Below, in pieces: positions 9,495 to 18,749 of a DNA stretch of 64,000 nucleotides; position 1 is the first letter of the stretch; the number at the start of each line of letters is the position of its first letter. The notes below the pieces were generated by a model, which saw only the letters and a program-made list of their open reading frames with translations, made no database searches and was not told where the DNA came from. The DNA is from Thermodesulfobacteriota bacterium (lineage in GTDB: Bacteria; Desulfobacterota_D; UBA1144; Nemesobacterales; UBA2774), in NCBI GenBank assembly GCA_965216785.1, contig OZ244197.1, positions 2,144,001 to 2,208,000 on the forward strand, in the 5' to 3' direction. Position numbers and translations under genes: made by a program.

Positions 9495-9980
9495 GTGACG
9501 ATGAAAAACTTTAGCCTAGTTTTATTAATTGCAGCTCTGTTCATACCAACTTACAGTTACGGATATGCTCAAGCGCCTCCTCCTCCTTGCCCGTGCGATA
9601 CAGAAGAATTGCCAGGTGGTCTGACGGGTGATGAAATCATTGATATAGTCTGTCCCAATGGAAAGCTTGGAGTGGATAGTGAGTTCGTTCTGATACCCGA
9701 AGAGGTAAGAGTTTCCTTAGCTAGCGCGCCGAGTACAACGTACCGTACAGACGAACCCAATGTCGATGATTTCTTTTGTGAAATAAATACTGATGGAGTC
9801 TTACCCATAACATTAGAAATCACTGAGCAACAATATGAACTATGCAGAGCGCGCCTGATCATCGGCTGTGGATTGAACATGAAGCCAGTTCCTACGCTGT
9901 CTGAGTGGGGGCTGATCGCGATGGCGGGAGTGCTGGGGATTGTGGGACTCCTGGCTGTGAGAAGAAGGGCCGTTGCTTGA
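9495..9980 (+). CDS. IPTL-CTERM protein, Cys-rich
   Basis: Signal peptide; VPTLSEWG-TM-RRR. Confidence 0.88.
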   Translation: MTMKNFSLVLLIAALFIPTYSYGYAQAPPPPCPCDTEELPGGLTGDEIIDIVCPNGKLGVDSEFVLIPEEVRVSLASAPSTTYRTDEPNVDDFFCEINTDGVLPITLEITEQQYELCRARLIIGCGLNMKPVPTLSEWGLIAMAGVLGIVGLLAVRRRAVA

Positions 9981-10049
9981 TTGAACTAGCTTGCCTATAA
10001 CAATGTTGTAAAGGGGCCGCACCCGCAGCCCCTTTGGATTTTCTAAAAT

Positions 10050-10595
10050 TTAACCGAAGAAGAAGTCGTTATCGTTATATTTATCAAGCGATGTGAAATG
10101 CACCCTTTGGTCAAGCTCGGGGTAGGTGGCCCTTTCTTCTTCAGTCTGGCTCAACTGATAAGCTGAGCACTTGCCTACGGTTATGATCCTCCCGGGATCC
10201 ACTCCTTCAGAGACAATGTACTCCTTGACCTGATCGGCGCGCACCTGGGCAAGTCCGTGCATAGCTGCCTCTGCCTTACTGCAGTATCCCTCAATTACCA
10301 CATAGGCTTCGGGGTTCTTCCTCAGCGTCTCGGCGTTGTCCAAGAGCACGGGCTCGGCATCGACTCTTATCCGGGCGCTGCCGCGGTCAAAGAATACGTC
10401 GCGCATCTTTTCAGTGGCGGCAGTCCTCTCAGCGGTGGGGAACAGTCCTGCAAGCATGGACGGCTCAACTTCTACGGCCTGCATCACAAGGGGGCTTATG
10501 ACCGATGAGGCTATTATGCAAAAACATGTAAATAACGGTAGTACTATATCTCTAATCAAAACGCCAATATTAATATTGCTCATAATGTAATTCAC
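10050..10595 (-). CDS. OmpA/Pal-like peptidoglycan-binding domain protein
   Basis: VFFDRGSA, VVIEGYC, RADQVKEYIVSEGVDPGRI, QRV. Confidence 0.85.
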   Translation of the reverse strand: MNYIMSNINIGVLIRDIVLPLFTCFCIIASSVISPLVMQAVEVEPSMLAGLFPTAERTAATEKMRDVFFDRGSARIRVDAEPVLLDNAETLRKNPEAYVVIEGYCSKAEAAMHGLAQVRADQVKEYIVSEGVDPGRIITVGKCSAYQLSQTEEERATYPELDQRVHFTSLDKYNDNDFFFG

Positions 10596-10634
10596 CTCGT
10601 TTTATGGATTTTTACAGCGATATTCGCTCTAAAG

Positions 10635-10650
10635 TGCAATAGGCATGCCA
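10635..10650 (-). promoter_or_regulatory. Putative sigma-54 (-24/-12) promoter of the OmpA-like gene
   Basis: Minus strand reads TGGCAT-GCCTA-TTGCA about 40 nt upstream of the ORF. Confidence 0.6.
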
Positions 10651-10804
10651 CTTATGGCATATTTCAGTCATATTGGTGACTTACGATATTTCGGACTGAA
10701 ATTAGTACGAATAATACAGGGAGAAAGTTTTAATTAGAACATGGCTAGGTGAGGAATATGGCACAGTTGGAGTACTTTACGATGTGAGGTGAGGAATCCA
10801 TTTC

Positions 10805-10845
10805 TCACCCCCATCCTAGCCTTCCCCCATCGAGGGGGAAGGGAT
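10805..10845. repeat. REP-like palindrome CCCCATCCTAGCCTTCCCCC..GGGGGAAGG
   Basis: Near-identical copies at 24377-24415 and 34869-34910, variant at 25528-25567. Confidence 0.8.
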
Positions 10846-10990
10846 ATAAAAAAGAAAATAGACGAGAAATAAAATTTTAGTTTGTATATTGGAATTACAA
10901 TTTTCATTCCATACGAGATTTTTGTTGTTTCGGGTACACCGGAAATTTATACTTATTCGCGGTTCGATAGAAAACTAAACGGAGGCCCGT

Positions 10991-11509
10991 ATGTTACTCA
11001 GAAACACGCTCGCAATTATCATCATGTTAGGACTCGCTTTGTCCTTCAATATAAAGCCGTCACTTGCAAACGGCTCCCCCCAGTGGGTTACAGGTGAAGT
11101 AGCCTCGATAGTGGAGACGGGGGATTCAGGCCTGATAAGCCTTAAGCTTTCAAGGGGCGAGGTGCTCAGCGTTACATCTAAGTCCGCGCTACTTAAGGGG
11201 GTTAAAGTCGGGGACATCGTAACGGTACAGATAGTCGAGGGTAGGGTGCGCATAATACAGGTTGCCGAGAGTGCGCCCGAGCCGACTCCGAAACCAGAGA
11301 AAGAGAAAAAAGTTCAGTGGGTAACGGGCGAGCTTGTCTCGATTGAAAGGGGCGCGGATAGCAGCCTCCTGAGTATTAAGATGTGGGACGGGACTGTTTT
11401 TAACGTTGCCGCATCGAACGATAGGATCGGCAGCATAGAAGTCGGGGATTCTGTAATCGCCAAAGTTGTTGACGGATGGGCGGAGTCGGTAAGTAAAAAG
11501 GGGAAGTAA
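10991..11509 (+). CDS. Secreted protein with two tandem small beta-barrel (OB-like) repeats
   Basis: Signal peptide; two QWVTGE..VGD.V repeats joined by a Pro/Glu linker. Confidence 0.75.
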   Translation: MLLRNTLAIIIMLGLALSFNIKPSLANGSPQWVTGEVASIVETGDSGLISLKLSRGEVLSVTSKSALLKGVKVGDIVTVQIVEGRVRIIQVAESAPEPTPKPEKEKKVQWVTGELVSIERGADSSLLSIKMWDGTVFNVAASNDRIGSIEVGDSVIAKVVDGWAESVSKKGK

Positions 11510-11556
11510 CGTTTTTTATAATTTAGCTAGCCATGATCCCCGGTAGCGGCTAGTGG

Positions 11557-12162
11557 TTAAACTTGCCGGTATGGGTACTCTAGCTCTTTTGCCGTGGCTT
11601 GGGCTACCTCTTCGCCGTAGTGAATGGTGACAATCCGGAGCGCCATGTCTATACCCGAGGATATGCCGGCTGAAGTGATGACATTGCCGTCCTCCACGTA
11701 GCGCACGTTCTCAACGACTTCAACTTCGGGAAGCATCTCGCGCATACGCTCTACGGACATCCAGTGGGTAGTGGCTTTTTTGCCGTTCAGAAGCCCGGCT
11801 TTGCCAAGAAGAATGGCCCCGGTGCATACGGAAGCAAGGGTTTTTACTCTCTTTGCCTGGGTGCGGATGAAGTGGAGCAGTACGTGATTACTGTGGGCTT
11901 CGCGCTCGCCTATGCCTCCGGGGACGATGAGTATGTCGAGCGGAGGGCTGTAATGGATTGTATGGTGCGGCGAGACCTTCATTCCACCCGACGCGTAAAC
12001 TGGACGGGGGTATTCTGAAATCAGCTGCACGTTGAAAGGTGAAGGATCTGTGAGCGACGGCTTGTCCGGCAGCCGGGTAGTGCTGAAAACATCGAACGGG
12101 CCGGCGAAGTCCAGAACCTGCATGCCGTTAAATATGAGTATTCCTACAGTGAGGTTTTCCAT
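11557..12162 (-). CDS. DJ-1/PfpI family protein
   Basis: LDFAGPFDVF, VPGG, SVCTGA, ATTHW, TSAGISSGIDM. Confidence 0.93.
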   Translation of the reverse strand: MENLTVGILIFNGMQVLDFAGPFDVFSTTRLPDKPSLTDPSPFNVQLISEYPRPVYASGGMKVSPHHTIHYSPPLDILIVPGGIGEREAHSNHVLLHFIRTQAKRVKTLASVCTGAILLGKAGLLNGKKATTHWMSVERMREMLPEVEVVENVRYVEDGNVITSAGISSGIDMALRIVTIHYGEEVAQATAKELEYPYRQV

Positions 12163-12293
12163 GTTGTGTCGGTTTCCAAAGCAGGATAACAGATTCAGCG
12201 ATTGACGGATACAGTATACCTATATTATTCCGGGACTCTAGAGAGTTGCCGGATAAGGTCACTACATACTATGTGAAGAATAGAGCTTAAGCG

Positions 12294-13034
12294 CTACGCC
12301 TTGAGCGCGTTTCTTCTTCTCTGCGCGTAGATGAGCCCGATTATGCCGAGCGCCGCGACCATGGCGATCATACCCCACTCTGACATGGTCGGGATGGGTC
12401 TTGGTCCGGTGCCGAAATATACGACCGACACGCCCGGGAAAATCCCTGAATCAGTACCAATTTCAGGGGTTATTCTAATGGAAGAAATAGGCTCTCCGGA
12501 TGAAATCCCGAGGAAAACATTAAAAGCGCTTGTCGCATCTACTGTGGTTGATCCTATCGCCATGTCATTTGGGGCGAATATTTCGACCAGTAGAGTTTGG
12601 GAGCACGCAGGGCCACCTTTAGCTGTACACCCAATATTTAAACCGACTACATTATATTTTTCTTTCAGGAAGTCCACAATGAAAATGCCTATAGCATTAT
12701 CAACCAATGAATTATACGCATTAGCGAGTCCTGGGAAATTGGCCCCGTACAGCCTTAAGCCCCCGAATGAGCCACTGAATCGAAGACCCTGCTTTATGAC
12801 TCCGGGTGAGACACAATCATTGTTACTCTCTGTGGTAAACGGGGAGGGGCAAACTTTTGTTTGGCCAGGACTAATACTTGCCGCTGAAAAATCCTGCACC
12901 TTCAGGCCCGGGTATTCGGCCATAAACGCCGCTTTATCGTTAGTCAGCTCATAATTGCCGGAAAATGCCTGTACGGATGTGAGTAGTAAAACAAAAAGTG
13001 GTAATACAGCAATAGTCGTTATTGTTCTTAACAT
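12294..13034 (-). CDS. IPTL-CTERM protein (paralog of 22331-23086)
   Basis: Signal peptide; IPTMSEWG-TM-RRR; shared Cys pattern and FN.F.GI motif. Confidence 0.88.
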   Translation of the reverse strand: MLRTITTIAVLPLFVLLLTSVQAFSGNYELTNDKAAFMAEYPGLKVQDFSAASISPGQTKVCPSPFTTESNNDCVSPGVIKQGLRFSGSFGGLRLYGANFPGLANAYNSLVDNAIGIFIVDFLKEKYNVVGLNIGCTAKGGPACSQTLLVEIFAPNDMAIGSTTVDATSAFNVFLGISSGEPISSIRITPEIGTDSGIFPGVSVVYFGTGPRPIPTMSEWGMIAMVAALGIIGLIYAQRRRNALKA

Positions 13035-13149
13035 TCTTATTCCTCCTTTAGGTCGGTACCGATTACTGATTGGAAAATAGTAATATTGATAAAGATTAGT
13101 GCCAATTTAACACATATCGTAATAATAATCAATCATTTCGGGATGGAAC

Positions 13150-14703
13150 TTAAGACTCGTTCTCGGCCATTTGCTTAAGGGTCACGCGGTCTACCTTGCC
13201 GGTGGGATTGAGCGGTACCTCTTCCAGGAATATTATTTCCTCGGGCGCTCTGTAGCCTATTCTGTCACGCGCGAAGAAGATGAGCTCTGTCGCGGTGGGA
13301 TTCTCTGCGCCTTCTTTTATACTGACGTATGCCCTTACTTTCTCGCCGTGCATAAGGTCGTTAATTCCGATTACTCCCGCGCTCTCAACGGCCTGGTGCT
13401 CTAGGAGAGTTTCCTCTACTTCCTGGGGAGATATGTTAGAGCCGTCGTGCACGATGATCTGCTTTTTGCGGCCCCTGAACCAGAGGTAGCCGTCTTCATC
13501 CGCCTTTACCATGTCGCCCGAGTCGAACCATCCGTCTACTATAACCTCTTGGGTAGCTTCCGGGCGCTCCCAGTAGCCGGTCATAATGCTGGCGGTTTTT
13601 ACCCAATTTGTCCCTTCAATTCCGGCCGGGACTTCATTGCCGTCATTGTCCTTTATCTTCATGACGTATCCGGGAATAGGTCTTCCTATGGAGCCTTGCT
13701 TTATGAGTCCGGAAGGGGGGTTCATGGTGCCGAGCCCCATTTCGGTAGAGCCGTACCCCTCGTCGATGACAAGGCCCGTGAGCTCTTTGAACTCGCGCTC
13801 AAGCTCGAGGGGCACTTTATCGGCACCGGCGCGCATGAGTCTAAGGCTCTTGAAATCGTCCTTCTTCGCGTCGTGGTCCCTTACTACCCGGAAGAGGGCG
13901 GCGGGGATCATCGTAAGTACGGTAGGCCTCTCGCTGCGCATAAGCTGGAGCAGCTCGTCAGGCTCGGTGTTTGTGGGCACAAGCGCTCTGCAGCCAAGGG
14001 ACATAGCGCTGAGCGAGAACAAAAATCCCCCGAGGTGGGAGTGTGAGGAGTCCGCCACCATTACGTCTTCATGCGTAAGCTCAAACCCCTGCGCGCAGCT
14101 CGCGAACATATACTCGAGCGACCCGTGGGTATGCGTCACGCCCTTTGACGGACCCGTGCTGCCTGAAGTAAAGAATATAACGGTAGGCCAATCGGGCGCT
14201 GGGGAGGGAAGCGATACCCCGCCCGGCTCATTTTCCAGGAGGCTTTCAAACCGGACGTACGGCTCGTCTTCCGCCTCAATGCTGATGATGCCCAGGTGGA
14301 GGTTCCGTATTATCTCGCTCTCATCGGCGTGGTGAAGCCTTTCGTCGTGGACAAGGATAGTTTTTGCCCCGGAAACGTTGAGGGCGTGCTCTATCTGGGG
14401 GGTGTGGTAACGGTAATTGAGCGGTACCGCCACGAGCCCTGCTTTGAAGCACGCGAGGTAGTGGATGAGAAGCGCGGGGCGGTTGGGCATGAGCGAGGCG
14501 ATGCGGTCGCCTGGCTCAAGGCCGTGAGCAAGATAATTACCTGAGAGATTATTGCTTGCCTCCTCGACCTCGCGCCATGTGCGGCTCTCATCAAGCGACA
14601 CCAGGGCCGGGTCGTCCGGTCTGGTCTCCAGACCGCGCTTTAGTATGTTGAGTACAGCGACAGTTTCTTTTAGATCATCTCCGTAAATCGGCATTTCGCT
14701 CAC
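13150..14703 (-). CDS. AMP-binding acyl-CoA synthetase
   Basis: FTSGSTGPSKG, EGYGSTE, GWFDSGD, NPTGK. Confidence 0.93.
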   Translation of the reverse strand: MSEMPIYGDDLKETVAVLNILKRGLETRPDDPALVSLDESRTWREVEEASNNLSGNYLAHGLEPGDRIASLMPNRPALLIHYLACFKAGLVAVPLNYRYHTPQIEHALNVSGAKTILVHDERLHHADESEIIRNLHLGIISIEAEDEPYVRFESLLENEPGGVSLPSPAPDWPTVIFFTSGSTGPSKGVTHTHGSLEYMFASCAQGFELTHEDVMVADSSHSHLGGFLFSLSAMSLGCRALVPTNTEPDELLQLMRSERPTVLTMIPAALFRVVRDHDAKKDDFKSLRLMRAGADKVPLELEREFKELTGLVIDEGYGSTEMGLGTMNPPSGLIKQGSIGRPIPGYVMKIKDNDGNEVPAGIEGTNWVKTASIMTGYWERPEATQEVIVDGWFDSGDMVKADEDGYLWFRGRKKQIIVHDGSNISPQEVEETLLEHQAVESAGVIGINDLMHGEKVRAYVSIKEGAENPTATELIFFARDRIGYRAPEEIIFLEEVPLNPTGKVDRVTLKQMAENES

Positions 14704-14874
14704 CTACCAGGTCGTTCGCCATGCTACTTTTATACACCATAGTCATGTGAAGTTCAAAATCCCCGCCGGGGAGGGTGGGCTATACGTCTTGCAGTGTCCT
14801 ATTCCGTTACGGAATCAGAAAGATTGTGGGGGGAAGAATTTCGATAGGTAGATGGCTAAATTAGTTTCCGGAAA

Positions 14875-15162
14875 TTATTTCTCAATGGCTCTTAGCACTG
14901 TTTTTGCGTCTGTATCTATTATCTTTAATAAGGTCTGAGCCGGGCCTTGGGGGACTCGTTTTCCTTGCTCCCATTGCCTCAAAGTTGAGAGCGGTATGGA
15001 GAATGATTCTGAAAACTCCCGCTGAGTCATTTTTGTTTTTTTTCTGATCCCGGCTACGTCCATGGCTGTGTATCTCCAAACCCTTGCGCCGGTCTTTTTG
15101 CCCTTTTTCCATTCAATCGCTTCCTGAGCACCTTTTTTGATTGATTCGAATCTTTCAGTCAT
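14875..15162 (-). CDS. HigA/YiaG-like HTH antitoxin
   Basis: MTQREFS..TLRQWEQGKRVPQGPA XRE motif; immediately downstream of the toxin. Confidence 0.88.
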   Translation of the reverse strand: MTERFESIKKGAQEAIEWKKGKKTGARVWRYTAMDVAGIRKKTKMTQREFSESFSIPLSTLRQWEQGKRVPQGPAQTLLKIIDTDAKTVLRAIEK

Positions 15163-15164
15163 TG

Positions 15165-15503
15165 TTAACTCCCTTTTAAAATTGTAGCAAGCTTTGAAAG
15201 CTCGTTTCTTTCGGCTTTGGTCAAATTATCTTTCTCGCCCTTACCGAATATATCTACTATGTGAACTTCTTGGTCCCTAGTTACAAAAAAATGTATCACA
15301 CGAACCCCACCGCTTTTTCCTCTACCACTTATACCCGCATACCTTAGTTTTCTAAAGCCCCCTGTGCCTTGAAGTAAGTTTCCTGATTTTGGGTGAGCAG
15401 CAAGTATGTTGGCTATTTCCTCCATATGTGCTTCATTTAACAGTTTCCCCGCTCTTTTTAAATAGTTCGGGTGTTCGATAACTGTTACGAGAAACTTTTT
15501 CAA
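15165..15503 (-). CDS. RelE/HigB-2 family toxin
   Basis: GTGGFRKLR, GKSGGVRVI, KGEKDNLT motifs. Confidence 0.9.
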   Translation of the reverse strand: MKKFLVTVIEHPNYLKRAGKLLNEAHMEEIANILAAHPKSGNLLQGTGGFRKLRYAGISGRGKSGGVRVIHFFVTRDQEVHIVDIFGKGEKDNLTKAERNELSKLATILKGS

Positions 15504-15587
15504 TTATTAGAGTACCTCAGTGAGTTACTTTTTGCAATAGACATATATTAAGTGGTGGTTTATAGAATGCTTTCGTGAGTTATCCCC

Positions 15588-16253
15588 TCACACGTTCTGG
15601 AAGATCCAGCGGACGCGTCCGACGACGAGGTTCTCGCTCATGTCGTCGAGCGGTATGGAGTAGTCCTCGACCATCTTGTTGTCGCTTCGGATGATGATCT
15701 CGTTTGGTTTTATCTCAAGGCGCTTAACTACGTAGCCCTCGTAAGGCAGATGCAGGCAGTAGATGGCGCTGCTGACCACCTTTTTATCGTTCGAGTCGAA
15801 TCCAACATAGGCGCCGTTTACGATGGTCGGGTACATGGAGTCACCCTCTACCTTAAAGCCGTTCGTGAAATTGCGCACAAGCTTTGAGGGAAGGGTGACG
15901 CGCTCTATGGGCTCTGCCTCTTGGTTCTCCAGCGGGTTCCCCGCGCCTGCAAGCTCCCATATCTTGATCTCTAGCAGGTCGCCGCTCCCGCCCATGACGT
16001 TTGAGATGTCCGGGAGGAACATATCGCCCTGGCCCCGGCGAAGCCACCTGGGACTGACGTTATATATCTTCTCGATGACCTTAAGGAAGTGATCGGGCGG
16101 ACTTGTGCGTCCTGCTTCCCAGCTGAGGATGGTGTTGAGCGATTTGCCCACGCCCCTGCCGAATTCTTCCTGCGTCAGGTCGAGTGCTTCTCTTATAAGT
16201 TTTATTCTTCGTGCTATTTCAATATTGTGAACCACTTTGGCCCCCTTTTTCAC
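15588..16253 (-). CDS. cI-like repressor (XRE HTH plus S24 peptidase)
   Basis: LTQEEF..WEAG HTH; AG cleavage site; GDSMYP, VKRL and SDN motifs. Confidence 0.93.
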   Translation of the reverse strand: MKKGAKVVHNIEIARRIKLIREALDLTQEEFGRGVGKSLNTILSWEAGRTSPPDHFLKVIEKIYNVSPRWLRRGQGDMFLPDISNVMGGSGDLLEIKIWELAGAGNPLENQEAEPIERVTLPSKLVRNFTNGFKVEGDSMYPTIVNGAYVGFDSNDKKVVSSAIYCLHLPYEGYVVKRLEIKPNEIIIRSDNKMVEDYSIPLDDMSENLVVGRVRWIFQNV

Positions 16254-16350
16254 AAATCTGTGAAATAATGTGTTGACATATTCCCAATTCTGTGATTATA
16301 TTATACATAAAGAATATGACATTGACAATACTAATACACAATATTGTGAA
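16218..16350. promoter_or_regulatory. Divergent cI/cro promoter with four operator-like palindromes (TTCACAAWWYTGTGAA)
   Basis: Sites at 16218-16231 (partial), 16249-16264, 16281-16296 and 16335-16350; TTGACA 16273 with TATATT 16297. Confidence 0.75.
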
Positions 16351-16512
16351 TTGCAAGTCTTTTTCTGGGAAATACAAAGGATGAGCTTAACTACTAAAAG
16401 AGAAAATATCCAGCAGAGGGGAAAAGATTTCACCCCCACCTTTAATACTCTTCCTTTAAGAGGAAGAAAAAAGGATAACGGCGGGATGATTAAAAAAGGG
16501 GATAAACAGATC

Positions 16513-16953
16513 ATGGGAAGAATCGAGCATATAACGACACAGCAGATAATAGGGGAATGGGGGAGCATAGACAAGTTCGCGTTATCGCATGGGGTGAGCC
16601 CGGCTTCGACGAAGATGGTGATATATGTGGACGGGGCAAAGAGCAGGCCGGTAGAGGAGGCTATGAGGAAGTACGGCTATTTGAATTTGCTCCGTTTTGA
16701 GAAGGAACTGAGGAAAAGGGGTCAGACCTTCTCGGGCTATCTTGCGGAGGACGGGCTTAATCCTGTGGAGTTGATTGAGACGCTGAGGATGAAGGACGCG
16801 CACCCGGAGGTGGTGTCGGGACTGAAAAGGGACGGCATCTGGGGGCTACTGGAAAGGGGACAGGGGCGAGTGCACCGCAGCGATGACCTTGGGGACAGGC
16901 CGGAGCGCAAAGCGCGATCGGGGAGCAGGAATAAAGTTAGAGCGAGGGCATAA
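16513..16953 (+). CDS. Cro/Ner-like DNA-binding protein, two HTH-like repeats
   Basis: Divergent from cI; GSIDKFALSHGVS and GQTFSGYLAEDGLN; start chosen from the GGGG RBS. Confidence 0.6.
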   Translation: MGRIEHITTQQIIGEWGSIDKFALSHGVSPASTKMVIYVDGAKSRPVEEAMRKYGYLNLLRFEKELRKRGQTFSGYLAEDGLNPVELIETLRMKDAHPEVVSGLKRDGIWGLLERGQGRVHRSDDLGDRPERKARSGSRNKVRARA

Positions 16954-17028
16954 TGCAGGATGACAACAAAAAGAAAATGACAAGTTTGGTTGAAATTTTT
17001 GGAAGAAATACAAGTCAGGAGGTCGGAA

Positions 17029-17283
17029 ATGAAGTTATCTAAATTTTTTAAGTATGGGAGCTATTTTGTTTTGATTTTTGGCTTTTTGTATGTTTCATGG
17101 CACCTGGGCAGGGCTTTTGAGAAAGACGGGGCCTGGGGAGATGCGGCGGCGGTCAGGACGGTTGCCGCGTGCCCGGAGGTAGATGAGCTGAAGCGGGTCT
17201 ACGAAGAGGTGCTCAGGGAGCTTGAGGAGCCCACGCCGAAGTCTGAGTGGAACACCAGGTATATGGAGTTTACGAAAAGATAG
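17029..17283 (+). CDS. Small membrane protein, phage-like module
   Basis: AGGAGG RBS; one TM helix. Confidence 0.65.
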   Translation: MKLSKFFKYGSYFVLIFGFLYVSWHLGRAFEKDGAWGDAAAVRTVAACPEVDELKRVYEEVLRELEEPTPKSEWNTRYMEFTKR

Positions 17284-17442
17284 GGGTTGGATCCGTGTAT
17301 CCGACTGCACCCGGTTTCCCCGCACTATTCCATCCTTCTTGGTAAACGGGAAACCGGGGCTGCACTCCTACAGAAACGGTCCCGGCCGCTTAACGCTTTG
17401 CGGCTGCCTATCCGCAGAAAAGGCCGGGACTTCTTTTTTGGT

Positions 17443-17640
17443 GGGGGCAAAGGCGAGCGCAGTACAGCGATGCCGGGGAGTTAATCAAAAATGGGGACGG
17501 AGGCGAGCGTTTTAGTGCGATGCCGGGGAGTTAATCAAAAATGGGGACAGAGGCGAGCGTTTTAGTGCGATGCCGGGGAGTTAATCAAAAATGGGGACAG
17601 AGGCGAGCGTTTTAGTGCGATGCCGGGGTATTAATCAGAA
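17443..17640 (+). repeat. Tandem repeat, 4 x 50 bp
   Basis: AGGCGAGCG starts at 17451, 17501, 17551 and 17601; units nearly identical. Confidence 0.95.
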
Positions 17641-17657
17641 GCGGGAAAGGGATAAAA

Positions 17658-18749
17658 ATGGGACGATTGAGACAGAAACAGGAGATCTGGGGCGAAGTGC
17701 TGACTGACAAGGGATATATGAGAGTGCCGAGGGCGCTGAGGCTCAAAAGGGCCGAGCTTGGGATAAGCAATAATGAATATGCAATATTGCTTGACTATCT
17801 GGACTATTACACTTACTGCGGCGGCCAAAACCCCTACGGGCACCTGGCTCAGGTGAACGGGGTGAGCGAGAGGACTGTGCAGAATACGCTCGGCAAGCTG
17901 GCGCAGAAAGGGCTGATCGGGAGGATCGTGAAAAAACACCCCAGCGGAAGGACCAAGGGGGTCGTTTTCACTATTGAGCCGCTGCTCATAAAGCTTAAGG
18001 GTAGGGTGAAAGATCTTTCACCTACAGAGGGTGAAAAAAACTTCACCTACGAGGGGGAAGAAACCTTCACCCCTAATACTAGAGAAGTAGGTAACAAGAG
18101 TAGAGATAGTAAAAAAAGCTCTCCCGAAGCCCTGCCTGCGGGAGAAGCTGCGGCTAAGCATTCTTATTCGAATGATACTTTAGGGAACTCACTCAGAGAA
18201 ACGAGAGAGCTATATGCCTTGTCGGACGCTGAGACTGGTCCTGAAAACCAAAAGGCCCGGGGACGTAAGAGGAAGAGTAATTCAAAAGACCCTTACAACT
18301 CGACCAGGTGGTACAACGAAGTGTTTTCGGAGATTTACAAAGAGGCTTCGGGGCAGCCCGTGCTGACGGGGGGAAGGGAGTACGGGGCGGCCAGGACCTA
18401 CTTTTCAAGGCTAAGGGAGCTGAACCCTTTGCTCGGCGCAGAGGAGATATACGAGCGGGCAAGTGACGGGGCGCGCTTTATGCTCGAGTCGCAGCTAAGG
18501 GGAGGGGTGTTCGGGTGGATGCACTGCCCGCCCGACATATGCATGCTGTCGGGTCAGGCTCAGGCCGTTGACTATCATTTGAGGAAAACGGTTATAGCGG
18601 GCACGGCAGAGCAGAAAGACTCAAAACCAAAGCAAGTGAAAATTTCCGGAGCCAGAGAGCTCGGGGAAAAGGAGGCTTATTATGCGTCAGAAGAGATCAC
18701 AAGAATTTACGGGGAGCTCAAGGGGCTTCGGGGAGCCAAGGGGCAGTGA
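17658..18749 (+). CDS. Phage-type replication initiator (DnaD/O-like N-terminal winged HTH)
   Basis: GYMRVPRAL..ELGISNNE..LAQVNGVSERTVQNTLGKLAQKGLI; internal iteron-like repeats. Confidence 0.7.
   Translation: MGRLRQKQEIWGEVLTDKGYMRVPRALRLKRAELGISNNEYAILLDYLDYYTYCGGQNPYGHLAQVNGVSERTVQNTLGKLAQKGLIGRIVKKHPSGRTKGVVFTIEPLLIKLKGRVKDLSPTEGEKNFTYEGEETFTPNTREVGNKSRDSKKSSPEALPAGEAAAKHSYSNDTLGNSLRETRELYALSDAETGPENQKARGRKRKSNSKDPYNSTRWYNEVFSEIYKEASGQPVLTGGREYGAARTYFSRLRELNPLLGAEEIYERASDGARFMLESQLRGGVFGWMHCPPDICMLSGQAQAVDYHLRKTVIAGTAEQKDSKPKQVKISGARELGEKEAYYASEEITRIYGELKGLRGAKGQ
18003..18072. repeat. Three 21-bp iteron-like units (GGTGAA-N6-TTCACC), putative origin
   Basis: Units at 18003, 18028 and 18052, each with dyad symmetry. 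Confidence 0.7.

Noticed and set aside
13447-14335. Long antisense ORFs (also 12331-12954, 45501-46121, 50901-51575, 61128-61910)
   Set aside because: Shadow frames opposite well-supported genes.
17443-17640. CRISPR array or replication iterons
   Set aside because: The linkers are identical rather than unique spacers and there are no cas genes. The same motif occurs at 4520-4634 outside the module, and better iterons lie at 18003-18072.
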